A stretch of DNA of 64,000 nucleotides from an uncultured Coriobacteriia bacterium. GTDB lineage: Bacteria; Actinomycetota; Coriobacteriia; Coriobacteriales; QAMH01. The stretch is from NCBI GenBank assembly GCA_959608885.1, contig CAUHSG010000007.1, positions 1,616-65,615 on the forward strand. Reading direction: 5' to 3'. Under the pieces are notes generated by a model. It was not told the DNA's origin. It saw nothing but the letters and a program-made list of their open reading frames with translations, and did not search any database. This document shows positions 36,649 to 44,858 of this stretch, one piece after another; position 1 is the stretch's first letter, and the number at the start of each line of letters is the position of its first letter. Made by a program: the position numbers and the translations under genes.

Positions 36649-36812
36649 CGTTTTCCTAGGATTTGAGAAACTCCCATGCTGGTTTTTGACGTTTTCCTAG
36701 TCTCAATCCCAACTTTCTTGTCGGTTTATTTCGTTTTCCTAGGATTTTTTGAAAACAGCACTAGGAAAACGTCAAAAGCCAACATTTGACCACATCCCAG
36801 CCTAGGAAAACG
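36649..36812. repeat. array of five CGTTTTCCTAGG boxes (three direct, two inverted)
   Basis: Copies at 36649, 36690 and 36732 (plus orientation) and at 36761 and 36801 (inverted). Start-to-start spacings are 41, 42, 29 and 40 nt. The spacers are unrelated in sequence. The same geometry recurs at 60915-61037. Confidence 0.85.
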
Positions 36813-36904
36813 TGATTTTCTTGCATGAGAGAGGCTCAGCGTGCGCATAGGCGCAAGTATCGCGAGTCTACACGCGGGGACAAGGCCTCTTGTGCTGCAT
36901 CAGC

Positions 36905-36944
36905 AAAAAGAGACCCCCGCTTCCATCGAGGGAACGGGGGTCTC
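36905..36944 (-). terminator. intrinsic terminator of the Mo/FeS/NrfD operon
   Basis: The minus strand reads GAGACCCCCG-(15 nt)-CGGGGGTCTC followed by TTTTTGCTG. It lies 42 nt after the NrfD-like stop. Confidence 0.85.
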
Positions 36945-36985
36945 GAGAAACCTTGCGGCTCATTCACGCCAGACGGCATTCGCTC

Positions 36986-38077
36986 CTACTGAGCGCCGGT
37001 CATGGCAGGATTGGGGCCGGAGGTCTGGTAGACCTCGTCCGGACCGTCGGCAGGAGCCTCGTCGGCAACCTCACCAGCGGGCGTAACCCACGTCCAGTAC
37101 TCCCTGCCGGTCTCCCAGTAGTCCATGAAGTCCTGATGACTCTGAGGCAGACGCGTGTAGTACTTGAGCTCGCCCGGGGTGACGCGGCGCTGATAGCTCC
37201 AGATAATCATGAAGCGCAGCAGGCAGCCACCCATGAGAGCGATGAGCGCGGATGCGTAGCCGCCCACGTTGGTGACGTTGAGCAGCAGCGGAATAACCAG
37301 ACCGCAGCAGACCATCAGGCCCCAGAAGTAGCCGGCCCACTCGCCACGAACCCAGCGCTCGGCATGGGCCTTGGCGGTCTCGTTGGAAGCGCAGAACTGC
37401 AGCATCACGTAGAGCAGCAGCACGACGAGCTCGAGCGAGATGAGAATCGCGTCAGCGACATGCAAGATGTGACGCAGCTCCTCGGTGAGCAGCGCGGCAA
37501 GCGGCGTAGACAGGTTGACCTGCAGCCACTCGGCCGGGAAGGGCCAAACGCCGATGCACATGGAGAGCAGGGCCGCACCGGTGGAGCAGCCGGACACCAT
37601 GAAGAGCACGGGCAGAACCGGCGTGTTCCAGAACGGACGGGACTTCATGCTGGAGAGCAGTACGCCCGTGTAGATCGTGACGCACAGGCCGAAGATACCG
37701 GCAATGCCGAGCAGCACCTGCGCAAAGCCCTCATACGGAATGAAGGGCAGACCGGTGAGCCAGGAGAGCTCCCAGAAGATGAAGAGCACGCCTGCGATCA
37801 TCGAGATGGAGAGGAACACAGCACCCCACTTGATAACCGAGGTCCTCGTCACGAAGGCACGGTAGAAAATCCACGGCTGACCAAGCTCGAAGACGAGCAG
37901 GCCGGTGCCAATGCCCAGGATGAGGAAGGCGATGAAGACGCCCCACACGAGGGCACCGCTCGTCAGAGCGGATGGCGCGATGATCAATCCGACAACGGCG
38001 GCGGTCGCCATCATGCCGCCACCAAGGCCGCCCAGGAAGAGGTAGAGGGCAATCGGCCAAATCCAGAACTGCTTCAC
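36986..38077 (-). CDS. NrfD/PsrC-like polytopic membrane anchor subunit
   Basis: 363 aa. N-terminal WIWPIALYLFLGGLGGG is typical of the NrfD family, with 8 or more hydrophobic helices. A polar ~70-aa C-terminal tail is present. The start overlaps the FeS subunit stop (38074-38077). Confidence 0.82.
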   Translation of the reverse strand: MKQFWIWPIALYLFLGGLGGGMMATAAVVGLIIAPSALTSGALVWGVFIAFLILGIGTGLLVFELGQPWIFYRAFVTRTSVIKWGAVFLSISMIAGVLFIFWELSWLTGLPFIPYEGFAQVLLGIAGIFGLCVTIYTGVLLSSMKSRPFWNTPVLPVLFMVSGCSTGAALLSMCIGVWPFPAEWLQVNLSTPLAALLTEELRHILHVADAILISLELVVLLLYVMLQFCASNETAKAHAERWVRGEWAGYFWGLMVCCGLVIPLLLNVTNVGGYASALIALMGGCLLRFMIIWSYQRRVTPGELKYYTRLPQSHQDFMDYWETGREYWTWVTPAGEVADEAPADGPDEVYQTSGPNPAMTGAQ

Positions 38078-38637
38078 TGTACCGTACCTCCTAAGTCGGG
38101 AATGTAGTAGATCATGGGCTCGGTACCAACCTCAGGATAGACCTGCTCGGTGTAGTACGAGTTGACGAGCTTCGAGACCTCGCTGTTGGGATCGTCAAGG
38201 TCGCCGAAGGTACGGGCCTTCTGATGGCACGTCATGACGCAGAAGGGCTGCTCGCCCTCGCGGACGCGATCCTTGCAGAAGGTGCACTTGCGGATGTAGC
38301 CCTCATGCTCGTTCATGTCGCGAGCGCCATAGGGGCAGGCATTCGCGCAGACCTTGCAGCCCATGCACTGGGAAGGCTCAACCCACACGATGCCGTCGTC
38401 GTCCTGACGCGAGGCGCCAGTCGGGCAAGCGGGCACGCAGGCGGGCTTGTCGCAATGCATGCAGATGAGCGGTTGGAAGGTCATGTGGACATGAGGCCAC
38501 ACGCCCTCTGCTCCGTTGGAAACAACAGGATTGTAGATGATGTCAATGGGCAGCTCGTTCCAGGTGCGGCATGCGATGGTGCATGAGGAGCAACCAATGC
38601 AACGACGCTGATCCATAACCATTGCGTAACGGGTCAT
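38074..38637 (-). CDS. 4Fe-4S dicluster subunit (DmsB/PsrB-like)
   Basis: 187 aa with CIGCSSCTIAC, CMHCDKPACVPAC, CMGCKVCANAC and CTFC motifs. No signal peptide. Confidence 0.88.
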   Translation of the reverse strand: MTRYAMVMDQRRCIGCSSCTIACRTWNELPIDIIYNPVVSNGAEGVWPHVHMTFQPLICMHCDKPACVPACPTGASRQDDDGIVWVEPSQCMGCKVCANACPYGARDMNEHEGYIRKCTFCKDRVREGEQPFCVMTCHQKARTFGDLDDPNSEVSKLVNSYYTEQVYPEVGTEPMIYYIPDLGGTVQ

Positions 38638-38653
38638 TTCAGTCCTCCTCTCC

Positions 38654-41527
38654 TTATTTGTTCAAGTCAGCCAGGCTGCAGGGGGCATCAACAGGTTGCA
38701 TGGAGAAGTCGTACCATGCGTTGTTCGCCTCGTCGACCAGGTAGTTGCCCTGACCATACTGGACGAAGCGATAGCCCGTGCCTGCCTGATAGTGGATGGA
38801 GGTGGTCGGATCGATCATCCAGCCACTGCCAGTGTCGTAATAGCGACCCTTGTCATCCTCGGCCTTGAGCGTGATGGGATTCCACGTCGTGCCGGCAGGC
38901 AGCTCGAAGTCGGCCTGCGGGCCCTCGGAAGGCTGCATCGAGAAGTCGTAGAACGTGCCCGTGGCCTCGTCGAGCAGGAAGTCGCCGTTGTGGGAGACGT
39001 ACCTGTAGCCCGTGCCCATCTGGTAGAAGGTGCCCGTGGCGTCGTCGACCATCCAGCCGGAGGCCTGGTCGTAGCGGCGGCCGTTCTCGTCGTAGCACGC
39101 GCGCTTGCGGTAATCCCAGGTGAGACCCTCGGGAACCTCGAAGTCGGGTTGCGCGAAGACGGGCTCGGCAAACTCGAGAGCCATCTTCTGGGTGCTCGGC
39201 ATGGCATGCACGCCGGGGCCCTCGGTGGCAAACGCAGAGCCGGGGATGGAGAACTCGCAGTCGCGCTCGGTGAATTGGTAGTCGATGTCGGTGCACTTGT
39301 ACACCTTGCACATCAGGCCACGGTTCGCCCAGCAACCGGTCAGCGGGTCGCAGTGCTCGTCATCGACGGACGTGAGCACGTTGGTGTTGGACTCGAGGCA
39401 ACCGAAGGGCTCGGGGCCTTCGGGGCTACGCTCGGGGAACCACCAGCCGCGCTGCGTGTAGACCGCGCGCGGATCGATGCCCGGCTCGACGTTGGCGCGC
39501 ATCTTGATGCGGCCGCGACGGGTCTCGATCCAGCACCAATCGCCCATCTCGATGCCCAGCGTGACAGCGAGGTCGGGGTGGATGGTGAAGTACGGATCGG
39601 GCTTGATGTAGCGGATGATCGGGTTGTTGAAGTGCTCCGAGTGATGGAACGGCATGAAACCGCCGCCCGTGGTGAGCACGATGGGGTACTCGGCTGCGAC
39701 CTCGGGATCGTCGACCTCGTTCTCGGCCGGACCGATGTACTTCGGGAAGGCCGGCAGACCGAACTCCTCGAAGACCGAGCACTTGAGCTCGACCTTGCCC
39801 GACGCGGTGCAGAACTGGCCCTTCTGCAGGTACTTCTGGTACTGCAGCGGCGGATAGTACATGCGGAAGCGAGCGACGAAGTCGTTGTAGTCCGTGATGG
39901 GAAGACCAAGCGGCGAGAGAACGTGGAAGTACGCGTCCTCGAGCTCCGGCCAGGGCCAGTCCTCTTCGGTCTGACCGCAGGCAAGGCCCAGGTCCTTCCA
40001 GATGTTGTAGTCGGTCTTGCGCTCGTACATCGGCCAAATGGCGCGCTCGGAGCAGACGATGGAGTCGGTGACACCGTAGTTGGTGTGAACCATCGGTCGC
40101 TCCATGGCACCGGCAACCGGCAGCACGAAGTCGGCCATGAGGGCCGTCGGGGTCATGAAGTACTCGAGGACGACCAGGAACTCGACCTGCTTGCAGGCCT
40201 CGAAGACCATCTTCGCGTCGCCGTAGGACGAAAGCGGATTGGAGCCGCTGACGAACAGCGCGCGAACCTGATACGGATCGCCCGTGAGAATGGCCTTGAA
40301 GACGGACGGGCCATGGGCCTCGCACATCCACTCGGCGGTGAACGCCTTGCCCCACTTGTCCTTGGAGATCTGGGAGAGACGCTCGTAGCCGGGCCAGGAG
40401 GTCATCTTGTACTTGTCGGAGCCGATCTGCTTGGCACGCATCTCGACGGGCAGACGGTCGTTGGCCTCGAGCTCCTCGTCAGTGACGTAAGCCGCGGGAC
40501 CGGGCATGCCGTCGCCGCCGGGGCAGTCGAGGTTGCCGCAGATGGCACGCAGGATCGAACGGGCGTGCATGCCGGCACCAGCCGTGCGGCCGAGCTGATC
40601 CCAGGTGCAACCCCACTGGATGTTGCCGGGGCGGTTGGTCGCGTACATGCGAGCCGCCTGGCGGATGAGCTCGGGATCGAGCCAGGTGAGGGGCGCAGCC
40701 CACTCCGGGGTGTAGGGCTCGATGTAATCGCGGAGCTCGTCGAAGCCCTCGCACCACTCGTCAACAAAGTCCATGTCATAGATGAACTCGTTCATGATGA
40801 CGTTGATCATGGCCATGGACAGAGCCGTATCCGAACCCGGACGCAGCGGCAGCCAGAGGTCGGCGTGCGCGGCGGTCTCGGAGTAGCGCGGATCGACGAC
40901 GATGAGCTTCAGGCCGTTTGCGCGCTGCAGGTCGGTGTAGCCGTGCATGCCGGGCATGGACGACGCACCGGGGTTGAAGCCCCACAGGATGACGCACTTG
41001 GATGCGCCAAGGTCGGTCTCGAACGGGGACCAACCGTTGATGGCGGTCTCGACCATGAAGGTCGGAATCCAGCACAGCAGGGCGTTGTGGAAGCCGTTGG
41101 GCGTTCCGAACAGGTTGAGGAAGCGACGCCTCGCCCAGTCATCGGTACGCAGGGTACCGGCGGCTGCGGCGACTGCCTCTGCACCGGACTCTTCCTTGAT
41201 CTGGTTGATCTTGGCGGCAATCTCGGTCAGGGCCTGATCCCAGGAGACACGCTCCCACTTGTTCTCGCCCTTCTCGCCCGCGCGCTTCATCGGGTAGTTG
41301 ATGCGCGACGGATTGTCCACGAACGTGTAGGCCTGGTTACCACGAGTGCACAGGCCACCAGCGTTGGTGGGATGATCCGGATCGCCTTCGGCGTAGATGA
41401 GCTTACCGTCCTTGACGTAAGCCAGAACGCCGCAGTTCTGATGGCAGAAATAGCAGCATGACTTCTTGACCTCCACGCCTTCTGCGTGGATTTCATCCAA
41501 CCATTTCGTCGATGAATAGTCTCTCAC
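38654..41527 (-). CDS. molybdopterin oxidoreductase catalytic subunit with C-terminal tandem repeat
   Basis: FS0 motif CCYFCHQNCG...C. DMSO-reductase-family blocks are present (VSWDQALTEIA, GFNPGASS, VVLEYFMTPTALMADFVLP). Start placed at GTG 41527, which follows GAAGGAGGAGG; the ORF-track GTG 41557 has no SD. No Tat signal with either start. Confidence 0.85.
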   Translation of the reverse strand: MRDYSSTKWLDEIHAEGVEVKKSCCYFCHQNCGVLAYVKDGKLIYAEGDPDHPTNAGGLCTRGNQAYTFVDNPSRINYPMKRAGEKGENKWERVSWDQALTEIAAKINQIKEESGAEAVAAAAGTLRTDDWARRRFLNLFGTPNGFHNALLCWIPTFMVETAINGWSPFETDLGASKCVILWGFNPGASSMPGMHGYTDLQRANGLKLIVVDPRYSETAAHADLWLPLRPGSDTALSMAMINVIMNEFIYDMDFVDEWCEGFDELRDYIEPYTPEWAAPLTWLDPELIRQAARMYATNRPGNIQWGCTWDQLGRTAGAGMHARSILRAICGNLDCPGGDGMPGPAAYVTDEELEANDRLPVEMRAKQIGSDKYKMTSWPGYERLSQISKDKWGKAFTAEWMCEAHGPSVFKAILTGDPYQVRALFVSGSNPLSSYGDAKMVFEACKQVEFLVVLEYFMTPTALMADFVLPVAGAMERPMVHTNYGVTDSIVCSERAIWPMYERKTDYNIWKDLGLACGQTEEDWPWPELEDAYFHVLSPLGLPITDYNDFVARFRMYYPPLQYQKYLQKGQFCTASGKVELKCSVFEEFGLPAFPKYIGPAENEVDDPEVAAEYPIVLTTGGGFMPFHHSEHFNNPIIRYIKPDPYFTIHPDLAVTLGIEMGDWCWIETRRGRIKMRANVEPGIDPRAVYTQRGWWFPERSPEGPEPFGCLESNTNVLTSVDDEHCDPLTGCWANRGLMCKVYKCTDIDYQFTERDCEFSIPGSAFATEGPGVHAMPSTQKMALEFAEPVFAQPDFEVPEGLTWDYRKRACYDENGRRYDQASGWMVDDATGTFYQMGTGYRYVSHNGDFLLDEATGTFYDFSMQPSEGPQADFELPAGTTWNPITLKAEDDKGRYYDTGSGWMIDPTTSIHYQAGTGYRFVQYGQGNYLVDEANNAWYDFSMQPVDAPCSLADLNK

Positions 41528-41748
41528 TCTGCCTCCTCCTTCATTCTCTCTTGCCACATGTTTGCATTACCTGCTTTCCGCAGACCATGCAGTCATGCGG
41601 AACACCTCCTGCGAAGACGTTGCCATCCTCGCACGTCAACGCTGTCTGCCGGCATATTCGCGCCCATCCGATGAGTGGGCATGGCAATGTCGACGTCTAA
41701 CGTCTAACTTCCGTATTAAATCACGGGATGAAGGTTATGTGAAGCTAT

Positions 41749-41806
41749 GAAAACGGGGATTTCGCCCATGCGCGCAATCTGCGCCGCTTTCGGCAAAATC
41801 CCCGTT
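41749..41806 (-). terminator. intrinsic terminator downstream of mrp
   Basis: 14-bp stem ACGGGGATTTCGCC / GGCAAAATCCCCGT (one G-U pair). On the minus strand it is followed by TTTTCATAG. Confidence 0.6.
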
Positions 41807-41856
41807 CCTCGTTATACATGTGCACCATCGAGGTGCGCTACCCCGCGTTTCGAGTA

Positions 41857-42681
41857 TTAGAGCGCCTCGATCTTGTCAACGATCGGATCGAGCCAATCGC
41901 CCTTGATGTCCTCGACGTTGCCCGAGTCGACCTCGGCCGAAATCTTCGGATCCATCGGCACGCAGGCCCAGGCGTCGATGCCCTTGCTCTTGGCGATGGC
42001 CTCGACCTCGGACTTGCCGAAGATTTCGTGACGCGAACCGCAATCCGGGCACTCGTAGTACGACATGTTCTCGACCAGGCCCAGCACCGGCACGTTCATG
42101 TGCTCGGTCATGCGGATGGCCTTCTCGACGATCATGTTGACGAGGACCTGCGGGGCCGTCGCGATGACAACGCCCTTGAGCGGGAACTGCTGGAAGACGG
42201 TCATGGGAATGTCGCCCGTTCCTGGCGGCATGTCGACGATGAGGTAGTCAAGCTCGCCCCAGTTGATGTCGCTGTAGAACTGCGTGAGGATGCCGTTGAG
42301 CACCGGTCCGCGCCACAGGAAGGGCGTCGCCTCGTCGGCCGTGAGCATGTTGGTCGAGACGACCTTGATGCCGGTCTTGGTCTCGGCCGGCCTCAGCATG
42401 CCGTCCTCGTCGACGGCGGGGGGCTCGTGAATGCCGAAGGAGCGCGGGATGGACGGGCCGGTGATATCGCCATCGAGGATGCCGACCTCGTGTCCGCGAC
42501 GACGCAGCTCGCAGGCGAGCATCGCAGCCGTCAGCGACTTGCCAACGCCACCCTTGCCGCTGGCCACGGCGATGACGTTCTTGATCTTCGTGCCTTCGTG
42601 AAGTTGCAGCGTCTGCGGGGCGGTGCGGTCAGCGCACGCGCTATCGCCACATGCAGAGCAGTTCGAGTTGCACTCAGCCAT
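41857..42681 (-). CDS. mrp: Mrp/NBP35/ApbC family Fe-S cluster carrier ATPase
   Basis: Deviant Walker A SGKGGVGKS. Cys-rich N-terminus CNSNCSACGDSAC. A CPDC motif lies near the C-terminal part. Confidence 0.88.
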   Translation of the reverse strand: MAECNSNCSACGDSACADRTAPQTLQLHEGTKIKNVIAVASGKGGVGKSLTAAMLACELRRRGHEVGILDGDITGPSIPRSFGIHEPPAVDEDGMLRPAETKTGIKVVSTNMLTADEATPFLWRGPVLNGILTQFYSDINWGELDYLIVDMPPGTGDIPMTVFQQFPLKGVVIATAPQVLVNMIVEKAIRMTEHMNVPVLGLVENMSYYECPDCGSRHEIFGKSEVEAIAKSKGIDAWACVPMDPKISAEVDSGNVEDIKGDWLDPIVDKIEAL

Positions 42682-42816
42682 GTCGAATCTCCCTAAACCG
42701 TTCCGGTCACCTTCCGGAACTTCTCTCGTGTAAAGACGGATTCATGGTAATGCAAGGTCTCGGGACGTACCAGTTACGAAACGGCAACTAACGCGATGGG
42801 GCATCACGCGCCGGGC

Positions 42817-42848
42817 ATGAAAAAGGGCCGAAGCAAATGTCTCGGCCC
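42817..42848 (-). terminator. intrinsic terminator downstream of tRNA-Val
   Basis: The minus strand reads GGGCCGA-(10 nt)-TCGGCCC followed by TTTTTCATG. Confidence 0.7.
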
Positions 42849-42860
42849 CTCGTATGTATC

Positions 42861-42935
42861 TGGTGGGCGTTACTGGGATCGAACCAGTGGCCTTTTCCGT
42901 GTCAGGGAAACGCGCTCCCGCTGCGCCAAACGCCC
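42861..42935 (-). tRNA. tRNA-Val (anticodon GAC)
   Basis: Acceptor stem GGGCGTT/AACGCCC with an A-CCA tail. Anticodon stem-loop TTTCC-CTGACAC-GGAAA. T-arm ACTGG-TTCGATC-CCAGT. Confidence 0.9.
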
Positions 42936-43036
42936 GTGGGAAAGTAGTCTAACAGAATGGCGCATCATCGCAAGCATGAATTTTGCAAGTTTCTCTTGCA
43001 CCTTGCTCCAAGTTCCCCTAGAATACCGCTCTGCGC

Positions 43037-43112
43037 GCGGAAGTGGCTCAGTTGGTAGAGCACAACCTTGCCAAGGTTGGGGTCGCGGGTTCGAGCCCCG
43101 TCTTCCGCTCCA
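43037..43112 (+). tRNA. tRNA-Gly (anticodon GCC)
   Basis: Acceptor stem GCGGAAG/CTTCCGC with a T-CCA tail. Anticodon stem-loop CAACC-TTGCCAA-GGTTG. T-loop GGTTCGAGCCC. Confidence 0.9.
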
Positions 43113-43157
43113 TGCTAAGTCAAGAGCCGGCTTTCCAGTCGGCTCTTTTACTCAGAT

Positions 43158-43231
43158 GGCGACGTGGCCAAGTGGTAAGGCAGGGGCCTGCAAAGCCCTC
43201 ACCACCGGTTCGAATCCGGTCGTCGCCTCCA
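43158..43231 (+). tRNA. tRNA-Cys (anticodon GCA)
   Basis: Acceptor stem GGCGACG/CGTCGCC with a T-CCA tail. Anticodon stem-loop GGGGC-CTGCAAA-GCCCT. T-arm ACCGG-TTCGAAT-CCGGT. Confidence 0.9.
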
Positions 43232-43240
43232 GCAAACGAA

Positions 43241-43272
43241 AAGGGCCGGGTAACCCCGGCCCTTGTTTTTTT
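43241..43272. terminator. bidirectional terminator between tRNA-Cys (+) and tRNA-Met (-)
   Basis: AAGGGCCGGG-TAAC-CCCGGCCCTT is followed by GTTTTTTT on the plus strand and by TTTTCGTTTG on the minus strand. Confidence 0.8.
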
Positions 43273-43347
43273 GGTGGCCCCACCAGGATTCGAACCTGGA
43301 ACCTGTCGATTATGAGTCGATCGCGCTAACCATTGCGCCATGGGGCC
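43272..43347 (-). tRNA. tRNA with CAT anticodon (elongator Met, or Ile2 if lysidinylated)
   Basis: Acceptor stem GGCCCCA/TGGGGCC with an A-CCA tail. Anticodon loop CTCATAA. There is no initiator-type GGG/CCC anticodon stem and no 1-72 mismatch. Confidence 0.8.
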
Positions 43348-43376
43348 AAGTGTCGGCCATTATACACAGCCGCCGA

Positions 43377-44843
<1,467 letters not shown>

Positions 44844-44858
44844 GTCAAAACCCCTTTT

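Noticed and set aside
36649-36812. Possible CRISPR array, tested for the CGTTTTCCTAGG repeats here and at 60915-61037.
   Set aside because: The repeats are only 12 nt long and occur in both orientations within one array. Spacers are 17-30 nt and there are no cas genes nearby. This is not a CRISPR architecture.
38696-41461. Very long plus-strand ORFs antisense to real genes. Examples are 38696-41461 (921 aa), 9550-11967, 4899-6401, 50204-52528, 55013-57637, 61005-63224 and 43263-45368.
   Set aside because: These are shadow ORFs, typical of high-G+C DNA. The translations are low-complexity and rich in Arg, Ala, Gly, Asp and His, with no motifs. The opposite strand encodes clearly recognisable proteins (Mo enzymes, MFS, IF-2, LeuS, PurL, RpoD).
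32958-41527. Selenocysteine (in-frame TGA) or frameshifted pseudogenes among the three molybdoenzyme catalytic subunits.
   Set aside because: All three reading frames are uninterrupted from the FS0/N-terminal region to the family C-terminus. No in-frame TGA needs to be read through.
41528-41557. First 10 codons (MARENEGGGR) of the catalytic-subunit ORF.
   Set aside because: The GTG at 41557 has no Shine-Dalgarno. The codons GAAGGAGGAGG inside this stretch form a strong SD for the in-frame GTG at 41527. Neither start creates a signal peptide.
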